Shown here: positions 49,522 to 63,312 of the stretch, one piece after another
Layout: the number at the start of each line of letters is the position of its first letter
How positions within the stretch are numbered: position 1 is the stretch's first letter
NCBI GenBank assembly: GCA_028534125.1
Contig: CM052816.1
Coordinates: 49,664,001 to 49,728,000 of the forward strand
Source: Lama glama
Lineage: Eukaryota
Direction: 5' to 3'
DNA length: 64,000 bases
The notes under the pieces: generated by a model
What the model was told of the DNA's origin: nothing
The model's input: only the letters and a program-made list of their open reading frames with translations
Database searches by the model: none
Translations under genes and position numbers: made by a program

Positions 49522-52500
49522 AGAGTGAAAAACAGTTTTACTTGATGATCTGGGCAGTTTGTTGTTGGAACTGCAAGTAGTGATAACTTCATGGGTGGAA
49601 GGAAAGGAAAGAACAGTGAAGAAAAATGAAGAAGAATAGTAGGAATTATGTGACCCACAAAAAGTTTCTAAACTAGAAAGAAGTAGAACCATGTTGTAGA
49701 TGGTAGTCAGAAGTGCACCCCAGCTTTAGCAACAATTTATAAATATTCATTAGTCATAAAGCTTTTAAGTATTTTCAGTAGTTGTTTTTCCTAAAGGGCT
49801 ATTAAATTCTTCATTAGAAAATTTAGAATGCCCAAAAGCAAGACCATCTGACTTTTGCTTTTTAAATAAAATGGTAACGTAGAATACATGGGCCCAAAGG
49901 AGATTTATGTGAGCACAGGTAATGTTACAAATTCACATTTCTGGAATATAAATTCTATATGTGTTTTTTTTTTTCAACTTTGTGAACAATGGGATTGAAT
50001 ATGTTGCAAAACATAGAGTAACCATCTATTTCATTTCAAAAGGCTGTATATAATGTGTGTGAAAACTTCTTTGGTACTTATAGACACTTGGAGCTCCTTG
50101 AGACAAAAAAACATTTTTAAAATGCGGATTTTAAGAAGTAATTTTTTTTCATTTTCAGATTGTTTTCAAGTTACAGAACCTGAGTCTGATCTAACTTTAC
50201 TACTTCTTCATTCAAATAGAAAATGTTGTAGCCTGTTTTTTCCTGAAAAAAGCTACCTTCCCAGATACACTTCCATCCATGCTAAATACCTAAGGTTAAT
50301 TATATCTAGACATTAATATATTGTTTCTAATGATCTTCTTTTAAAAAACAGTAATTCTGGATGGAAGATTACTATTTTCCTTTAAGTTGTTTATTAGAAG
50401 TGAGCTTCCACACAGAGTTGTGTATGTGAAAAAAATGTTACCTTTTAATTTTGAAAAACCAAAAGGCACTTAGCATTAAGTAAAAATGACTTGATGCATC
50501 TGTACTGAAAAATATTACATTTAGTGTCTAATCATCTGGTCATTTACCACATTTATACTAATACTAGTGCCTACTACTTGCTTATTTGCTATTAAGGGTA
50601 TGTTTTGGATCTTAACTCCAGATTCTGTGAGCTACGGAGCAGATGATTAACTAGATAGCAGTTGTTCTCCAATGTAAAAGAAGCTGCATCTGGAATCTCT
50701 TTTCTTTTTCCTCTAAGCTGCTTCCTCTCTTTCAGCATCCAAATCCTCACTGACCTGGATTTCTTGCTATTCCTCAGCTTCCTCTGGCTGTTTTCTGCTC
50801 CTGTGATTAGGCACGTACACTTAATGGTTCTTCTACTGACCATCTACCAATCTTCCTTTGATTCAGTTCCTTTGTTGCCTTTTCTATAAAGGGATTCCTG
50901 GAATTCCTACTTTTTATCTCCAAAGCTAGGAGCAACTACACTGTCCTTTTTTCCCTCTCTGCCAACTATATATTTCAGTCGTAGCAGGTAACATACTTAA
51001 CATAATAGGGTCTTTGTTTACCTTTTTTCTATACCACTTGAGAGCTGATTTTACACCTGATTTAAGTCTATTTTCATAGCCCCTCAAATAAGAAAAATTA
51101 TGTTAAACAGATGCAGGTAATTGACTGAAAGAAGAATAGAGACTATTGAACAAAACAGATGGGAGAGAGAGAGCGGTCGTTTTCACGTGGTAATTATACA
51201 GCACTGAGAGAATGTCCAAACAACACTGCTCTCTCTCTGTGTTCAGCTGTTTTACACTGAAATTCAATTGCACCATCTAAGCATGATCCCATGGGTGCCA
51301 TAGGTGCTATATCTCTCCACATCATAAGAAATGCCTCACCCATCTGCACAGCAGAGGAATCAAACTTTCTGTAACCCTAGTGCCCCACACTTTCCCCCAT
51401 AATCACTGCAAACCACTTTTATAAGCAACATTGGATGAGCATGGATAATATTTGTAAGGTGGTTGCTGGGAAGTCTGCTAATTAAATCCTGTGTACCAAG
51501 CACCAGAATGTTCATGCTGTCCTATCCCATTTATGTTTTGTTCCTGAAATGTTAAAAAAATAAATAAATGTTTGCTTTAGCATCCTGCACATTTTTATAC
51601 ATTTGTTATCATAATCACACCACCAGAAACTTTAGATAGTGCCTTTGTTAAAATAACCATATCTTCTCTAAGACAAATTTATCATAGGAAAAAAAGCATT
51701 TAAAATACTGGTATCTCCCTAGCTTATGCTATGTCATTTTCATCCTTACAGAAATGTCAAAAACATACCAACTACATCTATTACTGTTATTCATAAAATA
51801 TAGAATATAAAGACTTACAGGGATTTCTTTAACACAATTTTAGCATCTCAAAAAATCTTAGTAGATAATTCAGTAAACCACTTTTATGTGAAAGACGTTT
51901 TAATTATATATACTTGCTACACATTTTGGCCATGAGGAAACCATTTCCAGCTTAACTTCTGTATTTACAAAGGTTGAGATTTTAAATGTCTTGTGGTTCA
52001 TTTAGTGTCATGAATGTTACTAGAGTGAATTTTGTTTTCTGTTTATGATACTGGTCGAGTGAAATGAAGGTCATCTGAATTGACTGACAATAAATAACAA
52101 CTTGCTTTTGTCATGGAAAAAAGAAAGCATTCAAAGATTAATATCTCTGGTTTTACAATCTACCTTGATCCCCTTCATGGCAAACTTACTGTGATTCCCT
52201 CTTCATCCCTCTTCACATGACCATCTAGGCAGTCCCTGGGCTCTATATCCCAATTTCCGGCACTTAGGATTCTAGGAGGCAGCACTCAGTTCCCATCATC
52301 TTCCAGAGCATCTTGTAACTTTGCTGATACTGCTAAATGCAATTGTGAATGTGACTCCCCTGTGAATGTGAATCCTGCTGCAACCGGAGGTATTAAACCT
52401 GTTCTGAATCCTGTCCATGGAAAACTGTGCTTGTGAATTAGAGTCGGCTCCTGCTTCCAGCACAGCAATTCGTCCTGAAAGGACTGCAGCAGCACCTCCC

Positions 52501-53009
52501 TCCTGCCAGGACAGGGAAGGTCTCCTGGCAGTCTGTCCCGAGTCCCTGGGGGTGAGAAATGCAGAGAAGCAAGGGGAAAAATCAGAGTCTGAACTAAAGG
52601 TTTGATTGTCTCTTTATGTTTATCTTCTGGGAACTAGCGGGATTACTATTTGGACTGAGCTGAAGGCATCCCTTATTTCTACTGTAGACATTGAACAAAT
52701 TAGTTCTGCTCCCTGGCCTCTCTGAAAACCTCCTTGTGTTGAAAATGTGACCTAGTACCAAGCCACCTGGCCTGATTCTGAAAGCTTTATTTTCTTGAGA
52801 CAGCAATTACTTTGAAACCATTTCAATTTGGGTGACTTCGTTGTTGTTTAAAACGAGCTGAATGTGGTTAGATTCATGTGCAGGAAGAGGTTACTATAGT
52901 CAACTACACTTAGGTTATAGGCAAGTCTCGTTATCCATCCTATTACGTACTCACTTTAAAATAACCTAACAGCTAGCACTGTTTGCTATTCAAACTACAG
53001 GGCATGTAT

Positions 53010-53190
53010 TGAATCCATAACCCCATATAATTCGTATTGTTCTTACTCTCATTATTTAGATAAGGAAATCTAGAAATGGAACGATAAATTGTCCAAACTG
53101 ACTACTAATCTAGTAAATTGCATAGTTCAGATTGAAACATAGCTTGTGTGAGAGGCCAGCACTAAACCATTCCTAACCTCTGTACTATCC
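53010..53190 (-). mobile_element. MIR SINE (antisense)
   Basis: CATTATTTAGATAAGGAAATCTAG...AAATTGTCCAAA...GATTGAAAC. Confidence 0.5.
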
Positions 53191-53361
53191 TCTCTTTGAA
53201 AGCTCTTGAAAGTGTCCTTTTATTTTATGTGGGTTTTTTTGAAGGTAAGGGAGGTGAGTGCTGGTAGGAGTCTTGGATTTTCTTAAGGCTTTATAAAGTA
53301 GCTATTGTATTTTATAAAATCTGCATTTGCCCATAAGCAAGCAGTCCACCTCTAGCCAGGG

Positions 53362-53520
53362 ACAGTGGTTCTCAAAGTTTAACTCTACAAAAAATTACCT
53401 GGAGAGCTTTTTAAACATGGTTCCCACCCTTAGAATTGCTGAATCAGTGAGTTAGAGTTGAGGTTCAGGGGACTACATCATGAGCAGACACCTCAGGTGG
53501 ACTGTGATATTGATGATCCT
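53362..53520 (+). mobile_element. MER5A-like hAT-Charlie remnant
   Basis: CAGTGGTTCTCAAAGTTT...ATTACCTGGAGAGCTTTTTAAA...GCTGAATCAGT. Confidence 0.65.
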
Positions 53521-54169
53521 AAGGAAGAAAACATGGTGACTGCTGCCCCGATGGAGCTCACAGTCTAATAAGAGAGAGAGACTTACCCCTTGGTTGTGCC
53601 CCTTCCACTAGTAGAAGCAACTTAATTAAATAAATTAAGATGTTGAAGAACAGTACAGTGCTCTTCAAAATGAGACATCAGTGCAAAATATTTTAAAGTA
53701 ATGGATCAAGACATCACAAATCTAAGACGTAACTACTTAACCTACTTCGGTGATATTTTATTAACCTGCCTGTATCAGCTGCCTGCCTTAAGTGGAATCC
53801 CCATTCCTCCATGAACTGGAAATAGTAATGCTTAATTGTTTTCAAAGGATTTTTGCCTGTGACATGGAGGCCTTCAATAATTAAGTCATAATTAAATAGT
53901 AAAAGGATTGTAAAACTGTCCACATCCCTAGAAGACTAGGCTTTAAATGTTTTATTGTTAAACCCTCAGCGGGGTCCTAGGAGTCTTTAAGGAAGATGTA
54001 CTATTTTCTGTGCAACCAGAGTATAATGAAAACATCAAAAAAGCCATTTACATTTTAATTATTAGGTGAATTTAGCATATTCACCATTTTTGAGGATGAT
54101 ATTAAAGGGGTTATTTCAGTGGGAAAGAGTAGAATGAACAAAGTCACAAGAGAGAGGAAACTCGGGGTC

Positions 54170-54990
54170 CTCAGGGACTGGTTTACTGTGCTGAAAATTT
54201 GGGTGTGTATCTGGGGCATAGGAGGATAGAAGTCTGCAAAGTAAGGAAACATCAGAATGTGAAATACACCAGTGTTAGGCTAAGGCGGCACTTGATGTCT
54301 GTTGAAGGGTTTTCAGCAGGGTATTAACACTGTCAGAACTCAGAGTTTAGGAAGATGGCATGTGAGTTGTGTGTATCATGAGTATACAACACAAAACCTA
54401 GTGCTTCTGAGGCACTGAGTAAAACTGTATAGAATAAATACTGTGCTACATGCAGAGGCAGGTCTAGGAGCAGGCACCCCAGTTAAACGGCTTTTACAGC
54501 TAACAGCCCAGAGGAGGACCTGAATTACACTGGCAGTTGTGGAAATAAAAATAAAAAATAAATTTGTAAGTGGGTTTGAGGCTGCTTCATGGACAGCTGA
54601 TTGAACTGTGTGTTATGGGAAAGGCAGGAGTTAAAAAATAAGAAAAATTCCAGGGTTTCGAGCATGAGCATGATTTTGGTACCATTAACAGAAATACAGG
54701 AAACAAGACAAGGAGTTTCTCTGCTTGGAAAAATGGTGCATATATTTGGGGTCTTAGTGATTTACTTGAAGAAAATAACAGTACCCAGCATGAAGTTGAA
54801 AAAGTGAGTTTGCTGCTTCTGTATAGAGATTGGAAATGATCAAGTGGACACCGCTGCCACGTGACATTCTTATTGCCATTGGCCATTTGTGAGTCACATC
54901 ACATGGCCACACCTGGTGGAATGGGAGGTTAGGTAGTGTCCACTTAGAGTTGAAAGACACTTGAGGGAACAGATGAGAACTCCAAAATAC
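54170..54990 (-). mobile_element. Decayed LINE-2 (antisense)
   Basis: TTGAAGGGTTTTCAGCAGGG...TTTAGGAAGAT...TTCCAGGGTTTCGAGCATGAGCA...GGTACCATTAACAGAAATACAGGAAAC. Confidence 0.6.
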
Positions 54991-56194
54991 AGTATCTTCC
55001 CATGAAGGTGAAAGTTTCTTTCTGTCCTATTTCTGTTTCCATCAAAACAATTTAAAGCACATATCCAAGAAATAATTTTAATCGAACAATAGCTTACCTG
55101 GGCACACCATTGCACAGCACCCTTAGGGGGAAAAGAACTGAACTTAGAGCTTCTGAGTAAGTGTATCCATTCTACATGAATGCCCTTTTCAGGACTTTTC
55201 ATTTTTGTACTCTACATTGGTTACATTTTCTCCATGTATTTGTTTTTAACGTTGTTGTTGCTGCTGGGGCTTCTGCTGTTTTCCCCAGAATTGATATATT
55301 TAATTAAAATAGTAGTTGTTTCAGCCTAACATTGGTGTACTTAGGATAGATTATTTTATTTTGTTGTGATTTTGGTTCTTGAAAGAGTAACAGAGGACTC
55401 TTTTTTCTCCACAAAGGGGCTCTCACATTTCTTGCTTCTATTATATATTTAATGCTTCAGTAGCTTTGAAGTATTTTTTTTTTCTCCTAGTTCATAATAA
55501 TAGGCTATATTTTCACTTTTCAGATTAAAAAAAAAAACCAATATGAAACTCTGGTCTGTCTAGTTACTATCATTAGCACTGCTTAGGCAAAGAGTGCTGA
55601 ATTTCAAAAGTAGATGCAAATTTTTCTATCTTAGTTTTCCTAGCAGGGGCCCAACCTAAGCCAGTATTTTTAAATAACAGCAGCTTTCAAGATGCTCTTA
55701 AACTGAAATGCGATTATCCTGCAAAACAAAACAACAAATAAGACATTTTAATATTGCCAGTGGATCTTCGCTTTTCTTTTCTTAGGAGCATTAACCTAGA
55801 CTTGGAAAGATGGATGTAAACGTTGAAGGAGGAGCACTTATATATTTTGTAGAACGTCTTCCTTAGTTTCGAACCTGCTGTAGAAGAACTGGTATTTATT
55901 TAGCAGCTCTTATTTGCAGAGAACTATTTGGGCAGTAGACTAGTTTTCTGTGCCCATGCAGAGTTCACTGAAGTAAATAAAACATGATCTGATGCAGAAA
56001 ATTTTTACTTCGTTGTATGGACACTTGAGGGGGAAAAAAAGCGGTTTGATTTAATTCAGTGAACAATTGAACTGTGAACTATGTGCTGGGAAAGTGTAGT
56101 GAATTGACTGAGTTCCAGCCAGATGGGACTTCTTGAAGGGTACTTCCTTCTGCTTTCCAGGCTTAGGAAAAACATCTTCCAAAGTGACTTCCAA

Positions 56195-56600
56195 TTTCAT
56201 TTTAACTAATAAATTCATTCATTCATTCAGTATATTCATTATTTCCCAGGTGCCAATTGCTCATCTAGATGCTGCCTTCTCAAGGAAGCCTTCCCTAACT
56301 GAGCTCTTTGCCCCAGACTAGATACGGTTCTCCTAATATACGTTCATGTAACTTCTTATTCTTTTCTTGCCTAGCACTTGTTGTAGCTTACAATTAAAGA
56401 CCATGTAGGAGATTATTTTATTAGGTAAGCTGCGTGAGGGTAGAGCCACTGTCTGTTGGCTCACTTAGACTTCTCCCCAATCCCAGTGGCTAAACCTTTC
56501 ATAAATAAGAAAAAATATGCTATCATAAATCTTTTGGTATCCCCAAGACTCAGAAGAATTCTTATTTGCTTGGTAAATATTTATTAAATGAATTAATAAG
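56195..56600. mobile_element. LINE-2 3' fragments
   Basis: ATTCATTCATTCATTCAGTA; TTCTCAAGGAAGCCTTCCCTAAC; GGTAAATATTTATTAAATGAAT. Confidence 0.6.
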
Positions 56601-56672
56601 TAGTGTGAAGATAAGCCACATTACCTATAAATCTAATGCAAGTAAAATACATTTGCATAAGCAGTTATTTTC

Positions 56673-58167
56673 TTTTATATATATATTTATTGAAGTATAG
56701 TCAGCTTACAATGTCGTGACAATTTCTAGTGCACAGCATAATGCTTCAGTCATACATGAACATACATATATTCATTTTCATAATCTTTTTCACCATAAGT
56801 TACTGCAAGATATTGAATATAGTTCCCTGTGCTATACAGTATGAACTTCTGGTTTATTTTATATATATATTAATTAGTATCTGCAAATCTTGAACTCTCA
56901 ATTTAACCCTTCCCACCCCCTTGTTCCCCCTGGTAACCATATGTTTGTTTTCAATGTCTCTGTTTCTGTTTTGTAGTTTGTTTTGTTTTGTTTTTTTTAG
57001 ATTCCACATATAAGTGATATCATATGGTATTTTTCTTTCTCTTTCTGGCTTACTTCACCTAGAATGACAGTCTCCAGGTCTATCCATATTGCTGCAAAGG
57101 GCATTATTTTATTATTTTTTATGGCTAAGTAGCATTCCATTGTATAAATATATCACAACTTCTTTATCCAGTCATCTGTTAATGGACATTTAGGTTGTTT
57201 CCATGTCTTTTGTTAAATAGTGCTGTTATGAACATTGAGGTGCATGTATCTATTTAAATTAAGGTTCCCTCTGGATATATGCCCAGGAGCTGGATTGCTG
57301 GATCATATAATAAGTCTATTTTCAGTCTTTTGAGGAATCTCCATAGTGTTTTCCATTATGGCTGCACCAAACTACATTTCCACCAGGAGTGTGAGAGGGT
57401 TCCCTTTTCTCCACACTCTCTCCAGCACTTATCATTTGTGGACTTTTGAATGATGGACACTCTGACCAGTGTGAGATGATACCTCATTGTAGTTTTGATT
57501 TTCATTTCTTTGACAATTAGTGATATTGAGCATTTTTTCATGTGCCTTTTGGCCATTTGTAGGTCTTCATTGGAGAACTGCTTCTTTAGGTCCTCTGCCC
57601 ATTTTTGGATTGGGTTTTTGGTTTTTTTATTATTAAGTTGTATGAGCTATTCATATATTCTTGAAATTAAGCCTTTGTCTGTCTCATCTTTTGCAAATAT
57701 TTTCTCCTATTCTGTAGATTGTCTTTTTGTTTTGCTTATGGTTTCCTTTGCTGTGCAAAAGCTTATAAGTTTAATTACGTCCCATTTGTTTATTTTTGGT
57801 TTTACTGCTATTGCCTGGGTAGACTGCCCTAGGAGAACATTGCTGAGATTTATGTCAGAGAGTGTTTTGCCTATGTTTTCTTCTAAGAGGTTTATCACGT
57901 CTTGTCTTATGTTTAAGTCTTTAAGCCATTTTGAATTTATTTTTGTGTATTGATTGTGATTTATATGCAGCTGTCCAATTTTCCCAACACCATTTGCTGA
58001 AGAGACTGTCTTTACTCCATTGTGTGTTCTTGCCTCCTTTGTCAAAGATTAATTGAACAAAAGTTTGTGGGTATATTTTTGGACTCTCTATTCTATTCCA
58101 TTGATCCATATGTCTGTTTTTGTAATAATATCATGCTGTTTTGATTACTGTAGCTCTGTAGTATTGT
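56673..58167 (-). mobile_element. Relatively young 5'-truncated LINE-1 (about 1.5 kb: ORF2 C-terminus plus 3' UTR), frameshifted
   Basis: Minus-strand ORFs 57921..58109 ([35 protein letters not shown]), 57707..58045 ([28 protein letters not shown]) and 57356..57556 ([32 protein letters not shown]). Confidence 0.96.
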
Positions 58168-58194
58168 ATTCTAAGGTGAAGTAATATGGAGTTC

Positions 58195-58400
58195 AAGATC
58201 AGTGGTTCTGGATTCAACTGGCCACTGCCACTGGCCACTGTGGACAAAAGTACTTAACCACTCTAAGATACAACTTCTTTATATATAAAGTGGTAAAAAA
58301 AAAAAAATAGAACCGCTTTTTAGGAATGTGATATTACATAGTGGATTGTCACATATAGACCATACAGCAAGCGACTAATAAATGTACATTCTCATTCATT
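58195..58400 (+). mobile_element. MIR SINE
   Basis: CTGGATTCAACTGGCCACTGCCACT...GTACTTAACCACTCTAAG...ATAAATGT. Confidence 0.55.
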
Positions 58401-58419
58401 CAGTAAATGTTGATTGAGA

Positions 58420-59196
58420 GTCATAGCCAAGACTTTTAACTGTCTCCCAACATCCTTTTTACTTGTTTCTGTAGCAAGAGGATTGTTATCTAAGCATGTT
58501 TTACCTCAGGATATAGTCTTTATTCTGTGTAAGATTATATATCTTATTCAGTGTAAAATATGTTTATTCTATATAAAAATATAGTCTTTTAGGCTATATT
58601 TCCCAACCCCCCATTCTGCTAGGTGTAGACATGTGACTCATAAGTGACCAAAGGCATATAAGCAAAAGTATCACATGGCGGTTCCTGAGAACCTTCCTTC
58701 AGAGACAGCACCCACATGCCCTCTTCTCCTTTATTCATCACTTCCTCCATCCTGCTGCCAGGAACTCAGGTGCTGCCATGTTGGACCATGAGACCTGGGT
58801 TACATACAGTAGCAGCAAGACTGAGAGCCCTGGGGCCCTGCTATATCAGCCCCTCTGCCTAGTCCCATGTTTACACAAGAGAGAAGCCAAGTTCTTTCCT
58901 ATTAGACACTGTTTGGGTTTTTTTTTAATTTGTTTATTTATTTTTGTTTATTTGTTTTTGTTTATTTTTTTGTTTGTTTATTTTTTATTGAAGTATAGTT
59001 GATTTACAATTTTGTGTTAGTTTTAGGTATATAGCATAATGATTCAGTTATATGTATATAAATATTCTTTTTCATTATTGGTTATTACAGGATATTGATT
59101 TTAGTTCCCTATGCTATACATGAGGACCTTGTTTCTTCAGCTACTATTAATTTGGGTTTTTGTCACTCAAAGCTGAACCTAATCAGACCAAATATA
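58420..59196 (+). mobile_element. MaLR LTR (MLT1J-like) interrupted by an L1 3' fragment
   Basis: TATATTTCCCAACC...GCTAGGTGTAGACATGTGACT...GCCATGTTGGACCATGAG. The terminus TTTGGGTTTTTGTCACTCAAAGCTGAACCTAATC resumes after the L1. Confidence 0.7.
58917..59134 (-). mobile_element. Short L1 3' end with a long degenerate T-rich tail
   Basis: A (TTTA/TTTG)n tail is followed by TTATTGAAGTATAGTTGATTTACAAT...AGTTCCCTATGCTATACA. Confidence 0.85.
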
Positions 59197-60887
59197 AGCT
59201 TGCATTAGCATGTTCAATATTAGATCCAAGGCAGAATGTATAAGTTTCATAATAATAATTTTTAAGTGTTACATGTGGGTGCGAAGAAGCTATTTAAAAT
59301 GAGACTCAAAGAGCAGATAAGTTTTCAGACTGCTGCAATAGATGCAAGGGGCCTTCCAGGTAGACAGACCTAGCAGAAGAAGAGCTATTGTTCTGTCCAG
59401 CCTCACTAGACCTTCATAAAGCTTAGTGAGTACTCAACTTCCTAGGGTGTCTCTCTTCCTCTTGTCTGGGACTGAGATGACCCATTCAATCCAAGCATGT
59501 GACCTTGGGCAGGCCATTGACTTCTCAAGACCTTAGTTTTCTGTTTCCAGTCACTATTAACTGATATTTTCTCTTTATGTCCATGACAAGGCATTTGTCC
59601 CCTTATTGTTTGTAACATTCTGCTTTGAATTACAGTTAGTTGTGTTTTTTCCTCTTTAGATTACATGTGACAAGTGCAAAGATCTTTTCTGATTTTCCAT
59701 TTCCCACTATATCTATCATCATGTTTATAAATTATGGACATGTAAGAATTTGAGGCACATTAAATACTTTAATATTTGGAAGTGCAACTGAAAATATGTT
59801 GCGATGACCTGGTAGAAATTTGTGCGTGTCAGAGTAAAAAATGTACATATTTGAAATTGGTGTTGTAGGGGGAGAACCACTGAAGTTTTGGAAACAGAGG
59901 GGTGATGTCAAATTGGAGAAAATCTGTAAGTTCATGTTCAAGCTACAAAAAAAAATCAAGTGTAATAGAGTTTGCCTAATTTTGAATGTCCTAATAATAT
60001 GATTATAGTATTTTATTATCAGAAATTTTATGTCACTTTAAAAATCATATGAATATTAGAATTATGGGTCCATAAGATTAGCTCTAAAACTAGAGTTGTG
60101 GATGTTATTTGTATATAAATAAATCCAGTCACTGGTAAGTGTGTGTAGCTCTTGATCATTAAAAATAACTTGTTTTCTAAATTCGGGTCACACTCTAATG
60201 AAATTGCTAACATAAAAGATGATATTTTTCCATTTAAAAATAATTTATTCAAGCTTTTGAAAATGTTAGATAAAATTATAGTATTTAGTTACGGAAATGG
60301 AAATAAAAGTTTACGAACAATACAATTATTGCATTTTTTAAAGTAAGTTGGCAGTTCCTAATTGCCAACATCTGTTCAGCAAAATTATTATTTTAAAATA
60401 AGTAAGTACATTCTATTTTCTTCTTCATAAATTTTAAGCACTTTAATTTTTTGCTTATACAGAATTCTTTGGGAGTGATGAAACTGGATTTCCTTGAAAA
60501 CCTGTAAAAAAATATTTTTACTTTATTAAGGAGTTGATGTTGGATATGCGTGTAGTGTGAGGAGCAGAATTTTTTGTGGTTGGTTTTGCTCTTTGTGTGT
60601 TCTTCTCCTTACTTCTAAGGGAGCAGAGATGACCACAATTCCCCCATCACCTCCCCCTGTTGGCTTATACAGAAGACCAGAATTGTCCAACTTATTTCTT
60701 AAGGTTAATATAAAGAGCAAAGAAACAGTGTAACGTGTATAAAAGCACTTTGAAAATTAAAAGTTACTTCAAGAAATAGAATCTAATATGCCTGATCAGT
60801 GTGAATTAAAGAATCATTTTCTTCTTTTTGTTGTTTATCCACATTCGTAAATGAGAAATTCAGCTTTCTTCTTCCCTGGGAAGAATG

Positions 60888-61080
60888 GCAATAACAGCAA
60901 ACAGTTATTGAATGCTTAAAGATGCTCGGTTCCTAAGGGCCAACATCACCTTTAATATGCAGAGGACCCTATGAGTTACATAGCATCTCATTTCCATCGC
61001 AGGGATGAAGGAATTCTGGTTCACATGGTTAAGAACCTTGCCCAGAGCACAACTAGGTTTCTAGCCTGGGTTTTCAGAAG
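60888..61080 (-). mobile_element. MIR SINE (antisense)
   Basis: TTATTGAATGCTTA...CCCTATGAG...GGTTAAGAACCTTGCCCAGAGCACA. Confidence 0.6.
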
Positions 61081-63237
61081 ATCAACATCTTAAGTACAGT
61101 GGTCTACTCTCACCCTGAAGAAACATAACTTCTATTCTTCGTTCAAATATCCGTTGGCAGAGACAGGCAATTTGGAGTCTTAGTGGTTCTTATCACTGAT
61201 CAGCACCGAGAGAGGAGAGCCTGTCTGCACATCTTAAAGACATGTAGTACAGGACTGCCGATTGCAGGCTTTTGCTTCTCTGTGTTTCTCATCTTTTCAG
61301 TGTTCCCAAAGCAGCATCTTTCTCCCAACACCTAATAATAAACGGTCCCAAACTCAACACGTCTAGTACCAGGTGTTGGTTTGTTGTGAAAAGCTCTGAC
61401 TTCACATTTCAGAATTTATTTGCTCATAAAGGTATTCAAAATGTTAAAACAGCTTAGGGCACTCTACCTTCCATATTTTATTTGAAAATAATTAGATATT
61501 TAAGTGTGGTACCCCACCCGTAATGTCCATAGAAATACAATGATATTATAAATTAATCCTTATTATAGAAATGTATAAGCCGGCGGAAAAATTTAAAGAT
61601 ATTACTTGCTTCTTCTAGGGAGACTTGATTATAGACCACAATGAATCTTTTGTGTCAGGCAGCATTTTAAGAGACTATGGAATACTGCAAGTGTGTCTCT
61701 GGTTTTGCAGTCATATTAAAAAGTGATTTTAGTGTGTCTGAAATTAGATAATCTGGTCAGACCAGTTAATAACATTCCTAGCAGCTACTTTTAAGTCGAA
61801 AGTAACAAATAAGGAAAAATAACCAAGCACTATTTAGTTTGTCTATTTAAAGAGGATTTTTGAATCATGAAGTTCTCAAAAAAAGGCATGAAATGTAAGT
61901 CTGCTTTGTTATTGTTCAGAACATATGCTGGTATATTGCAATGTGGCAATGAAATTTAATTTCTAAAATTATTTAATTTTATTTTTGAAACACAGATGTA
62001 AGATCATACTTCCTTAGATTAAAATAAAGCCAGAAGAACACAAAGCATACAGAACACAAAGTTATGACTTGGTAATAGCTGCTGCGTCTGTGTTCCAGAG
62101 GGGTTCCATTCCTTCTGTTCAGCCCTGATTTCTCCTTTTGGTTAATTTATTCATATTGCTCAATGCTAGAAAATAATATCCTAGAAAGTTTGCCACTTTG
62201 TGTGCTAGAGCATATGTTTGCTTAGGCTTCTTTTTCCTTCAGTACATAAAAATGAAGAGTATCATGGTATTCTATTTCCCAGAAGTACCTTTTAAGTTTT
62301 ATTATGTGATGTTTGTTTCCCTCTTGATGTTTAATTGATCCCACATCAGCATTCTAAATTTCAGGACACTTACTGCCACTACCCATAATACCCTCACGAA
62401 TGGAAAGGTATAGAGTGTTCTCAGAGCAACACTTGAAAACTGTCCTGTTGGCATCACTCTGTGTGCTCGAGGTAACACTGAATTAAGAAAAAACTAGAGA
62501 ACACAGGGGACTATGCCTTCTTCTCTACCTGCTAACCCTTCGTCACCCTGGATAGGGGTATGGAATCAGGGAGTTCTCAGTTTTAGCTAAGACTCTGCTT
62601 AGAGTAACTGGAGATCCCATTTTTGTTTTTCTTTTCTGGTTCACTCAGCACCGTCCTCAGTCACATTCACTTTGAAGTCCACTCAGCGAGGTGGTTGAAG
62701 CCGAGGAGAACATTCATATGACCTTAAAGTGAAATTCCACGCCCTTCCCACCTTATTCCTGGGCCAGCTATTGGAAGTAATCCACCTCTCCTCAGGCCTG
62801 TCTTTTAAAAAAGTAATTAACTTCTTAAAATGTTTCCATAAGCTTATTTATTTTCTTCCTCTCTTTTCTTGTTTTATCTGTGGAATAGGTGATTGCCCAC
62901 TTCACATCCACATAAGAGCTATTGCTGTTGACACTGGCCATTCACAGGAGTTTGAAGGAAGTCCAATCTCTCCCCCACGGACTCCCTCTTTCCTCTCCCC
63001 TTCATGGCACACCCAGTGCCCAGTGCGCTTGTGCACTGAGGGTTTTTTTTTTTTTTCCTTTTTAGCAGCACCTCAGGCTTCTTAGAAAAATATACATTAG
63101 CAAAGTGACTGTTTTCATTATTTCTAATGTATTTTTATTGGGACTAGTGTTTCCACTCATGTACTGTCATCCTTTTCTTTTTTTATTCCTTTTGTTTCTT
63201 CTCCAACTTCTATCTGTTCGTTGAGGTTTCTGTTTTT

Positions 63238-63312
63238 CTCCTTCCTTCCTTCCTTCCTTTTTCCTTTCATCCATCCGTCCGTCCATCCATCCATCCATCC
63301 ATCCATCCATCC
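63238..63312. repeat. Compound (TTCC)n/(CCAT)n simple repeat
   Basis: CCTTCCTTCCTTCCTTCC...CATCCATCCGTCCGTCCATCCATCCATCCATCC. Confidence 0.92.

Noticed and set aside
57495..57953. 152-aa hydrophobic ORF as a membrane protein
   Set aside because: It is the antisense reading of L1 ORF2, a common artefact.
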